From NCBI GenBank assembly GCA_004284765.1, contig NQJD01000002.1:187202-219201 (forward strand): a DNA stretch of 32,000 bases. Reading direction: 5' to 3'. Source of the stretch: Candidatus Electronema aureum. GTDB lineage: Bacteria > Desulfobacterota > Desulfobulbia > Desulfobulbales > Desulfobulbaceae. The notes below the pieces were generated by a model, which was given only the letters and a program-made list of their open reading frames with translations, had not been told where the DNA came from and made no database searches. The translations under genes were made by a program, and so were the position numbers. Each line of letters opens with the position of its first letter. The stretch's first letter is position 1. This document shows, piece by piece, positions 17,201 to 24,072 of this stretch.

Positions 17201-18309
17201 ACATCGCACTGGCTTCAGGCAATGTGGGCAGGCCGAGCGCGGGCATCTGTCCGTTGCGTGGCCAGAACAACGTCCAAGGCTCTTGCGACATGGGCGCGCT
17301 GCCCTATGTCTATTCCGGCTATCAGGACGTGGCGGATGATGCCGCCCGCAGCCGGATGGAGCAGCTCTGGCAGTGCGGCCTGTCCGACGTGCCTGGCATG
17401 ACTGAGCCGGAGATGTACGAGGCGGCCCGCGCCGGTCAGTTCAAGGGCCTGTACTGCATCGGTTATGACCCGGTGCACACACAGGGCGATGTCAACAACG
17501 TGCAGGCCGCCTTCCGGCAAATGGACATGGTGGTGGTGCAGGACATCTTCCTGACCAAGACAGCGCAGATGGCGCACGTGGTGCTGCCCGCCTCCTGCTT
17601 CTACGAGAAGGATGGCACCTTCACCAACGCCGAGCGGCGCATCCGGCGCATCCGCAAGGCCGTGGAGCCGCTGAGTGAGTCGCGGCCTGACTGGAAGATC
17701 GTCTGCGATTTGGCGCAGGCGATGGGGCACAGCATGGATTATGCGGATGCCGCAGCGGTGATGGACGAGATTGCCGCCTGCTCGCCAATGCTCGGCGGGG
17801 TGAAGTACGACCGCCTCGAAGGCGACGGCCTGATCTGGCCCTGCCCGACCGCTGATCATCCCGGCACGCCCATCCTGCACAAGGAGAGCTTCACACGGGG
17901 CAAGGGCTACTTCTCCGTGCTTAAGAACGTGGAGACGCTGGAGAAGCCGGATGCTGAATACCCGCTCATCCTCGTCACCGGCAGGCGGCGTGAGCACTAC
18001 AACAACGGCTCCATGACCCGCCGCTGCTCCGGCCTGCTGGCCCTTGTGCCGGAAGAGCTGGTGGAAATCCACCCGGATGACGCGGCCTGGCTCGGCATCG
18101 TGGATGGCCAGCGGGTGTCAGTCAGTTCGCGGCGCGGCGCAATTGAGCTGACCGCTTGGGTGACTGAGCGCAGCCGTCCCGGCGCGATCTTCATGGCCTT
18201 CCACCACGAAGAGCCATTGACCAACACCCTCACCAGTCCGGGCGTGGATGAGATCGCTCTTACGCCTGAGTACAAAGCCTGCGCGGTGCGGGTGGCTCCG
18301 GCGGCATAA
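14209..18309 (+). CDS. fusion protein: [2Fe-2S] domain, GltD/NfnB-like FAD/NAD(P) oxidoreductase, 2x[4Fe-4S] ferredoxin, and molybdopterin formate dehydrogenase alpha (Cys type)
   Basis: 1366 aa. Cys37/49/52/64; CKAPCNLTCP and CRVCPAFCESRC; VIGGGPAGL (about nt 14800) and IIGGSKAA folds; CTACQRCERVC and CVSCGACVDACP; MopB cluster CTYCGTGC...C730; active-site ARVCHAPS (Cys823, TGC 16675-16677); C-terminal dinucleotide-binding domain. Confidence 0.9.
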   Translation: MSKTATLTINGQQFSLAPDQTILAAADQAGIRIPRLCHLPGHRDADQPCLLCLVEVNGKRARACQTKIADGMVIETETAELIAHRKERLTQLAAVHYGDCKAPCNLTCPGSINVQGYIGLIAQGQHSAALRLIKEVNPLPGIVCRVCPAFCESRCRRSLLDDAIAINNLKRFASDYAVQHPLPQEPVAPATGRKAAVIGGGPAGLSAAWFLRKQGHSVTIFEAAAQLGGLPRTAMPAYKMPKDALDREIATVLALGVEAKTGTAWGKDFSLADLQQQGYEAIFIAAGLSGRKKLTVPGSELAQDGMDFLAQVNAGAAKQLSGKILIIGGSKAAIESARCAVRMGASEVTVVFDRPTEEMSAYEKDVSMAMREKVRFLPMTAPLSIRQEQDGFVVELTKMVFLEADQRGQRQTVPADGSLLRWEGAAVLSCLGQEGDDAFRSFGELEGKLAVNPNKTIKVSPSTLHTNLPGIYAGGEIASGAKAVIQAVNAGRKAAEAIHRQFGGTETELADGTFNFSKGKKFDDVDLRNYSGMTVQPRLRLPVRPVADRSRDFRESELGYTEETAVREAQRCLSCGCTGLSKCELRPLCQEHKVPLSAAPNKQQAAPDSSHLFITVDVNRCTACQRCERVCEFDAFAFSCERGKDGGIASISLKIKENCVSCGACVDACPTGALTKKELAVPLLPGEAESTRSVCTYCGTGCSIDIQAKHGAILEVKSFADAPPNQGDLCVKGRFGWDFYRHKERLTVPLIRESLDQPFRKATWPEALAFAAAGFKRIQEQQGPAALGVLSSSRCENEVNYLAQKFCRTVFHSNSVDNCARVCHAPSVSGLRIALGSGAATNSLADIEGAEVLLISGSNTTEAHPVAGMKVKRALGKKGAKLIVIDPRKTELAARADIHLQLIPGTNVLLLNSLLSAIFDEGLEDKDFIANRTENSEAVRQHLAAYSPEVMEAQSGVPAALVRQAARLYCSTKKGMILYGLGMTEHRNGTQGVMGLANIALASGNVGRPSAGICPLRGQNNVQGSCDMGALPYVYSGYQDVADDAARSRMEQLWQCGLSDVPGMTEPEMYEAARAGQFKGLYCIGYDPVHTQGDVNNVQAAFRQMDMVVVQDIFLTKTAQMAHVVLPASCFYEKDGTFTNAERRIRRIRKAVEPLSESRPDWKIVCDLAQAMGHSMDYADAAAVMDEIAACSPMLGGVKYDRLEGDGLIWPCPTADHPGTPILHKESFTRGKGYFSVLKNVETLEKPDAEYPLILVTGRRREHYNNGSMTRRCSGLLALVPEELVEIHPDDAAWLGIVDGQRVSVSSRRGAIELTAWVTERSRPGAIFMAFHHEEPLTNTLTSPGVDEIALTPEYKACAVRVAPAA

Positions 18310-18521
18310 CCAAGCCTGCCCGGTTTGGGGGTGAGCAGTCGCTCATCCCTAAACCAGCTGCCTTCCGCGTACTTCCCTGCCTTGGCCATCACCCAGCGCA
18401 TGAATGAGCATCCTCTGCATCCCTCTTCCAAGCCAGCTGCCCAGCCAGATCATTCAATTACTTCCATAGTGGTTGCGGCGCAGAATATAGGGTGGTGTGA
18501 GGAGCGAACTCCGGCACAAGG

Positions 18522-19546
18522 CTACTTCTTGAGAAACTCTTGTTTCCTCTCTTCGACGACTGCGCAGAAATCAGAGTTGTTTACATTGAAGAAGTCCTGA
18601 ATCTCTTGCGAAAAACCGAAAACAGCCCATGGCGCAGACTCTGCGGCCAAGGACAGGCTACGGTCAGTCGCAATCTCACTGCCCTGAATTTCAGCTATTC
18701 CGCCCCGGCAGATCAAGCGTACACTATAGGTCTTGCCGGTTGGGATGTGAAATTGGTACTGTGCTTGGTGACTGTCTTATATGCCCAGAGCAAGTCACTG
18801 AACTGCAAGATATCAAACGTGAACCATGTTGACTTGATCAAAAAGTCTTTTGTAAGAGTCCAGCTGCTACCTGTGAAGCGAGGCGAAGAAGACTGCCTTT
18901 CTGCCGCTGAGGCGATAAGGATTGGATTGCCCCAGCGACTGATCCTTTTCATCAGCGGGTGCAGAGCTGGGTTCCGCCAATACCTCCACGCTGGAATGCC
19001 AATGTAGGCTAAGAAACCGCCTAAGCACACCAGCACGACTATTGCGAAGTATCCAATGGAACGGAAGGGCTGCGTTTCGAGATAAAAGGGATAGAACTGG
19101 CTGCGAATCTCCAGCATTTCCCTGCTGGAAAAAAGATGATTGCTCACCTCAGCAGGCATCTCCGCTAATGCGCCCTCAACAGTTGTCAGCGGGGTATAAT
19201 CGCCCTCATAGATGAGGAACTTTTCTCCTATAACCAGTCCATAGTACTTTGCTGACACCGACCGATCTGTTTCAACACCGTTCCGCGTGTGGACAGCAAA
19301 TTTTTGGATTCCTGTATCTATCGCTTTAGAGCCGGATATTCTGGCAAAGTACCGTGGTGTTTGCGACACATCACGAATAAGGTCGAGGTCAGCGGCACTA
19401 AGATCATAAGGCCCGTTGATAAAATTCTGAATGTAACGCTTCTGCACGAAGAGAAGCAGCGCAATACAGACGGCTATGACCGCACAGACTGTGATTCGAC
19501 GGATGCTTTTCTCTTTGATCATCCTGTAAATCCATGTATCCATCAC
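18522..19546 (-). pseudogene. two-TM membrane protein of unknown function, split by a frameshift (277-aa plus 64-aa ORFs)
   Basis: The 64-aa ORF has only a TTG start embedded in the stop of the 277-aa ORF (TTGA). Its frame is open 20 codons further upstream and reads ...HIPTGKTYSVRLICRGG..., continuing naturally from ...KTVTKHSTNF in the first frame. The shift lies somewhere in 18715-18776, most likely near 18745-18750. Confidence 0.55.
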
Positions 19547-19696
19547 TTTGATCTCCTGCTTGTTTTTTCATGCGCACATCCGGTTATGCCGCCTCCTGCG
19601 TTCAGATGGCAACGTAAACTGATCTTTCCCAAAAAGCAACCAAAACTTGCTGTGTTGCCAAAGTATTGCGAACTGCCCACCTCCCCCTCCCCCGCC

Positions 19697-19737
19697 GATC
19701 ATGCCTCGCACATCGGCGAGATGTGCGAGGCATGATC
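19697..19737. repeat. perfect 18-bp inverted repeat (hairpin/operator candidate)
   Basis: GATCATGCCTCGCACATC (19697-19714), loop GGCGA, then GATGTGCGAGGCATGATC (19720-19737). Preceded by the C-rich tract CCCACCTCCCCCTCCCCCGCC (19676-19696). No flanking T-tract on either strand. Confidence 0.9.
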
Positions 19738-19964
19738 TTGACAAAGTCCTACCGCAGCTCTACGCTGGCGAGCGCATAGCATAACCTGGGCAGACAAAGA
19801 GAGCTGCCCCTATCGGCAGGGCGAACCAAGGTGTCCGCCCTGATCTCTTCCGTTTGGCCTTTTGTTTATTTGTTCCTTTCCCATCCGCACTATTTTGGGT
19901 AAACTGACTGCAAACCCTCTTTGTGCCGTGTCCTTGCGGCCTGCAATCCAAACAGGAGAACACT

Positions 19965-20318
19965 ATGCTTGAAGTAACTGATTCAGCAGTTAAAAACGTT
20001 AAAGAGTATCTGAGCCAGCACAGCATCGAGTCTGCTGTCCGGGTCAGCATGATTTCTGGCGGCTGCTCTGGCCCCAGCCTGAGCTTGTCCATCGACGAAG
20101 CAAAAGACAGCGACCTGACCGTAGAGAAAGACGGGGTTAGCTTTGTTATGGACAAGGGCCTGTCAGCTACCTGCGGCGCAGTGAAGGTTGATTTCATTGA
20201 ATCATCCGGTGGCTGTGGCTGCTCCGGTGGTGGTTTCACTATCACCTGCGAGAACCCCTTGCCCGGCGCACGGAGCGGCGGCTGTGGCGGTTCTTGCTCC
20301 TCTGGTTCCTGCTGTTAA
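19965..20318 (+). CDS. IscA/HesB-family Fe-S assembly-like protein with Cys/Gly-rich C-terminal tail
   Basis: ATG 19965 with RBS AGGAG (19954-19958); the listed GTG at 19923 is unlikely. Motifs MLEVTDSAVKNVKEYL, GGCSG and GGCGCSGGGF, then an extra tail TCENPLPGARSGGCGGSCSSGSCC. Confidence 0.75.
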   Translation: MLEVTDSAVKNVKEYLSQHSIESAVRVSMISGGCSGPSLSLSIDEAKDSDLTVEKDGVSFVMDKGLSATCGAVKVDFIESSGGCGCSGGGFTITCENPLPGARSGGCGGSCSSGSCC

Positions 20319-20338
20319 TCTCCGTTCAAGGAGATGAG

Positions 20339-20360
20339 GGGTTACGGTGCGCCGTAACCC
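20339..20360. terminator. hairpin between convergent genes (weak terminator candidate)
   Basis: GGGTTACGG / CCGTAACCC 9-bp stem with loop TGCG. Only a weak T-rich run follows (TGCTCGTTTC). Confidence 0.35.
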
Positions 20361-20386
20361 TGCTCGTTTCAAGACAGTACGTCACC

Positions 20387-22006
20387 TCACTTCACCTTAT
20401 ACTTCTTCGGCTCAATCCCATAGTTGTGAATTTTGTAGTTGATGATCCGCAGGCTGGTGTCTAAGCGTTCCGCCGCCTTGGTCTGGTTGCCATTGCATTG
20501 CTTGAGTGCTTCGATGATCAGGTCGCGCTCGAAATGCTCCACAGCGGAAGCTAAGGACAGCGGACTGCCGTTGCCGCTGCTGCCCACGCTCTCTGCGCTT
20601 TGCAAAGTAGGTGGCAGATGCACCGAGCTGACCGTACTGGAATCGCAGATCAGCACCGCCCGTTCCATACAGTTCTGCAATTCGCGCACATTGCCTGGCC
20701 AGTGGTATTTGATCAGCAGGTCAATCGCCGAGGTGGAGATGCGTTCGATCTTCTTACCGTTCTCTCGGCTGTACTGTTCGAGGAAATAGTCAGCGAGCAA
20801 GAGAATATCGGTGCGTCGCTCGCGCAAGGGCGGCAGATAAAGGGGAAAGACGTTGAGGCGATAATAGAGGTCTTCGCGGAACTTACCCTCGCGTACCGCT
20901 GCTTCCAAATCGCGATTGGTGGCCGCGACAAGGCGGATGTCCGCCTTGATCAGCTCTGCACCGCCGAGTCGCTGAAAGGTGCGTTCCTGAATCACATTTA
21001 ACAGCTTCACCTGCACCGCCGTGCTGATCTCACCGATTTCATCGAGGAAGAGCGTGCCGCCTTGGGCTTGCTCGAAGCGGCCTGCCTTGCGTTCTACTGC
21101 GCCGGTGAAGGCTCCTTTCTCATGACCAAACAGCTCGCTTTCGAGCAAAGTTTCCGGCAGTGCCGAACAGTTGACGATCACAAAAGGCTTCTTCGCCCGG
21201 CCTGAGTTCTGATGTAAGGCTTTGGCCACCATGGATTTGCCCGTGCCAGATTCACCGCGCAGCAGCACCGTGGCGTTGGAGTTCGCCACCCGATGCACCA
21301 TCGCAAAGACCTCTTGCATCCTTGAGGAATTGCCGATAATCTCCTCAATCCGGTTCTTGGCAGATAGCTCACGTCGGAGCTGCTGATTCTCGTGGTGCAA
21401 TGCCTCCTTTTCTCGGCTGACGCTTTGAATGCGATGCACAGTCTGAGCAATCAGAGCACTAACTATGGTGAGAAAGCGGAGATCGCGCTCTGATTGCAGC
21501 CCGAATTCTTTTTCATAACAGCGGTCAATCGACAGCGCACCGATGGCGAGGCTTTCCGTCTGCATCCGCTGGCTATCAGCAGAGCTTTCTACTGCTGTTT
21601 TGATCGGCACACAGATGAACGAGCTTTTCCGCTTCTGCTCCTCAGTGCGCATCCCGGTACGGTTGAGGAAAAGCGGCTCCTCAGCGATCTGCGGCACAAT
21701 GACTGGCTCACCGGTAGCAACGACTCGCCCAGTGATGCCCTCACCTAATTTGTAGCGACCTTTTTTCCGAGCAGCAGGTGTGCTGCCACAAGCCACCTCA
21801 ATTTCTAACTCCCGCGTCACCGGATTAACAATAGTGACAGTGCCGTTCTGCATTTTTTTTAGGGCAGCGAGAATGCTGACCACCTTATCTAAGGCCTCCT
21901 GAAGATCAGTGGCAGCAGCAAGATTTCTGGTAATTTCATAGAGACAGGAGAGGTCTTGCAAGGCAAGTTCCTGGTCAGCCGAGGAAGTTCCGGCATCAGC
22001 ATTCAT
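20387..22006 (-). CDS. sigma-54-dependent transcriptional activator with N-terminal GAF domain (NifA/FhlA-like architecture)
   Basis: AAA+ Walker A GESGTGKS, sigma-54 contact loop GAFTGA, Walker B LFLDEIGE, and a C-terminal Fis-type [23 protein letters not shown]. The N-terminal roughly 190 aa are GAF-like. Confidence 0.9.
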   Translation of the reverse strand: MNADAGTSSADQELALQDLSCLYEITRNLAAATDLQEALDKVVSILAALKKMQNGTVTIVNPVTRELEIEVACGSTPAARKKGRYKLGEGITGRVVATGEPVIVPQIAEEPLFLNRTGMRTEEQKRKSSFICVPIKTAVESSADSQRMQTESLAIGALSIDRCYEKEFGLQSERDLRFLTIVSALIAQTVHRIQSVSREKEALHHENQQLRRELSAKNRIEEIIGNSSRMQEVFAMVHRVANSNATVLLRGESGTGKSMVAKALHQNSGRAKKPFVIVNCSALPETLLESELFGHEKGAFTGAVERKAGRFEQAQGGTLFLDEIGEISTAVQVKLLNVIQERTFQRLGGAELIKADIRLVAATNRDLEAAVREGKFREDLYYRLNVFPLYLPPLRERRTDILLLADYFLEQYSRENGKKIERISTSAIDLLIKYHWPGNVRELQNCMERAVLICDSSTVSSVHLPPTLQSAESVGSSGNGSPLSLASAVEHFERDLIIEALKQCNGNQTKAAERLDTSLRIINYKIHNYGIEPKKYKVK

Positions 22007-22029
22007 AGCGAATCAGAGACAAGAGATTG

Positions 22030-22058
22030 TTGACAAGAATCGTGCTGCATGGTATATC
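22030..22058 (+). promoter_or_regulatory. candidate sigma-70 promoter for the tRNA-Ser pair
   Basis: TTGACA (22030-22035), a 17-nt spacer, then TATATC (22053-22058), about 17 nt upstream of the tRNA 5' end. Confidence 0.5.
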
Positions 22059-22075
22059 CTTCTTGCGTAGAAGCT

Positions 22076-22161
22076 GGAGGAATGGCCGAGCGGTTGAAGG
22101 CGGCGGTCTTGAAAACCGTTGTGCGAAAGCACCGTGGGTTCGAATCCTACTTCCTCCGCCA
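22076..22161 (+). tRNA. tRNA-Ser (anticodon UGA), CCA encoded
   Basis: Hand-folded. Acceptor GGAGGAA/TTCCTCC; anticodon stem GCGGT/ACCGT with loop CTTGAAA; long variable arm GTGC-GAAA-GCAC; T arm GTGGG-TTCGAAT-CCTAC; 3' GCCA. Confidence 0.9.
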
Positions 22162-22176
22162 AAATCGACGTATCCC

Positions 22177-22268
22177 GGAGAGATGACCGAGTGGCCGATG
22201 GTGCTCGCCTGCTAAGCGAGTGTAGGGGTAAAACCCTACCGAGGGTTCAAATCCCTCTCTCTCCGCCA
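22177..22268 (+). tRNA. tRNA-Ser (anticodon GCU), CCA encoded
   Basis: Hand-folded. Acceptor GGAGAGA/TCTCTCC; anticodon stem CTCGC/GCGAG with loop CTGCTAA; long variable arm GTAGGG-GTAAAA-CCCTAC; T arm GAGGG-TTCAAAT-CCCTC; 3' GCCA. Confidence 0.9.
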
Positions 22269-22285
22269 TCATCAAGTGCAAAAAA

Positions 22286-22316
22286 CCCGTTCCTGCATAA
22301 GGAACGGGTTTTTTTA
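22286..22316. terminator. bidirectional rho-independent terminator
   Basis: Stem CCCGTTCC (22286-22293) / GGAACGGG (22301-22308), flanked by AAAAA on the left and TTTTTTT on the right. Sits between the tRNA pair (+) and the convergent SH3b gene (-). Confidence 0.8.
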
Positions 22317-22346
22317 TCTGCTGCTTTGTGCTGGCAGTCTGCCGCA

Positions 22347-22793
22347 TCAAAATCCCCAGAGCAAGTCATCGTTCACCCAGCCGGTCACGCTGCCTTGCCT
22401 GACCTTAACCCAGCCTTTTTTCTTTTCCAGCGTTTTAAACACCACGCCATAACTGGCTTTGGCCACGATGTTACTGCGGGTATGGGGACGGCTACGGAGA
22501 TTGATTGTTTTCTTTTTAACAATCATGTGGCCCTGTTTACCCGCTACAGATGTGTGAACCCAACCAGAAGCACCCTCGAAATCCCGCACGTTGAGCCATT
22601 TACCAGAACGCTTCTGCACCTTCAAGGGAAAACCTTGATCAAGTCGCCACAGCACTTTTCCTTTCTTGTCTGGCTTAGACAACATACTCACGTTATTACG
22701 GTTAACGGCCACCATTTCGGCACGTGCTGCTGCTGTATTCAGGAACAGCAGAGATAATGCAAGCAGCAGAATGAAACAAGATGATTTCTTCAT
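22347..22793 (-). CDS. secreted protein with two bacterial SH3 (SH3b) domains
   Basis: Start taken at internal Met MKKSSCFILLLALSLLFLNTAAARA (signal peptide); the listed start at 22850 would overlap the upstream gene. Two repeats carry the SH3b pattern ...G.V...L..G....V.....GW..V....G..GWV. Confidence 0.75.
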   Translation of the reverse strand: MKKSSCFILLLALSLLFLNTAAARAEMVAVNRNNVSMLSKPDKKGKVLWRLDQGFPLKVQKRSGKWLNVRDFEGASGWVHTSVAGKQGHMIVKKKTINLRSRPHTRSNIVAKASYGVVFKTLEKKKGWVKVRQGSVTGWVNDDLLWGF

Positions 22794-22816
22794 GACGCTC
22801 CAGTTGAGTTGTTGAG

Positions 22817-23731
22817 TTATATCTTTTGAATCTTCCTTGGCCAGATACACTTCTTGGTTTTACCCAAATCAGGGCCGAACATCGGGAAGCCAGCTACTTC
22901 CACGGAAATGGCATCAAAGGCGCAGGCTTCAGTCATGCACTTCATACAGTTGACGCATTCGCAGCTGTTCGGATTTTCGTTAAACTTGATATCAACCGGA
23001 CATACTTTGTGACAGACTCCGCACCCGGTGCAGTTATCCTTATTCAGTTGGAGCCTGATCAGCTGAAAGCGGCTAAACAGGGCATAAAAGGCTCCCAATG
23101 GACAAGCAGTGCGGCAGAACGGTCGAGAGGCAAAGACTGACCACGTTGTAAAGCCAAAGGCGATGATCAGCTTATTGACAAAAAGCCAGCCAACCGCGCC
23201 GCGTAGATTAGGATCAAGAAGCAACATGGGAATACCGGCCTGAAACGTACCTGCGGGGCAGACGTATTTACAGAACCAAGGCTGGCCCATGCCAGAATTA
23301 CTAACAAAGATCAACGGAAAAACGATGACCAGTAAAAGCAGGACAGCGTATTTTAGCCAGCGGAGCTGATCAGGAATCGAGAGCTTGCGCGAAGGTATCT
23401 TGTGCAGCAGTTCTTGAAAAAAGCCAAAAGGACAGGCCCAGCCGCAGATGAAGCGGCCAAAGACTGCTCCTAACATGCCGATAGAGCCGAGGACAAAGGC
23501 ACCAAAATAATGTTGCCCGCTCTGGATGGAAAAACGGATATTGGCTAAAAGTTGCTGAAGCGTACCAATTGGGCAGAACGCGGTTGATGAAGGGCAGGAA
23601 TAGCAGTTAAGGCCGGGAGAACAAACCACCTTCATCGGTCCCTTGTAGATAGTGCGGGTCCAAGGAAAGGCCCAGTAGCCGTTCACTAAGAAAAACCAAA
23701 CTCCCTGTACCCACTTTCGCGCACGTTCCAT
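22817..23731 (-). CDS. membrane-bound polyferredoxin, NapH/YccM-like 4Fe-4S binding protein
   Basis: Several TM helices. Repeated Cx3CP motifs (CGWACPFG, CKYVCPAG, CRTACPLG) plus CYSCPSSTAFCP. The C-terminal part carries 2x[4Fe-4S] motifs CTGCGVCHKVCP and CVNCMKCMTEAC. Confidence 0.85.
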   Translation of the reverse strand: MERARKWVQGVWFFLVNGYWAFPWTRTIYKGPMKVVCSPGLNCYSCPSSTAFCPIGTLQQLLANIRFSIQSGQHYFGAFVLGSIGMLGAVFGRFICGWACPFGFFQELLHKIPSRKLSIPDQLRWLKYAVLLLLVIVFPLIFVSNSGMGQPWFCKYVCPAGTFQAGIPMLLLDPNLRGAVGWLFVNKLIIAFGFTTWSVFASRPFCRTACPLGAFYALFSRFQLIRLQLNKDNCTGCGVCHKVCPVDIKFNENPNSCECVNCMKCMTEACAFDAISVEVAGFPMFGPDLGKTKKCIWPRKIQKI

Positions 23732-23733
23732 AA

Positions 23734-23883
23734 TTATCCTATGCCGATACAGCTCAGGCAGATGGATTTAGCCTGCTCCAGCACTCGCGCTGGCTCGTTC
23801 AGGGTCACCCCGACTATCCAAAGAAGGAGGAAAAACACCAATAACACAAAAGGGGTCTTACGAATTTCGATTTTCTTTCTCAT
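23734..23883 (-). CDS. 49-aa membrane micro-protein with C-terminal CxxC (ICLSCIGIG), not in the supplied ORF track
   Basis: Hand-translated: MRKKIEIRKTPFVLLVFFLLLWIVGVTLNEPARVLEQAKSICLSCIGIG. RBS GGTGGAGA lies upstream. TAA is followed 2 nt later by the ATG of the polyferredoxin gene (TAATTATG). Confidence 0.55.
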   Translation of the reverse strand: MRKKIEIRKTPFVLLVFFLLLWIVGVTLNEPARVLEQAKSICLSCIGIG

Positions 23884-24072
23884 TACCGTCTCCACCTGAA
23901 AAGTATTGTACTGGTATAAAAACTGTAGCCGCTGCTGTCAAGTATTTTCGGGCGTTGTTCGTCCGCGCTCATAGAACGGTAGCCTGATTTTTTTCTATGC
24001 AATTCCAGCTTGGGCGGGGTAGAGTGCGGCTTTCGGTATTCTTCGTTTCAATCTCAGCCCGCAGAGACAGAC

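Noticed and set aside
19760-20245. 161-aa minus-strand ORF
   Set aside because: It is antisense to the IscA/HesB-like gene, which has an RBS and family motifs. The minus-strand translation is low-complexity.
22119-22757. 212-aa plus-strand ORF
   Set aside because: It runs through both tRNA-Ser genes and the terminator, and then antisense to the SH3b gene. Not plausible as coding.
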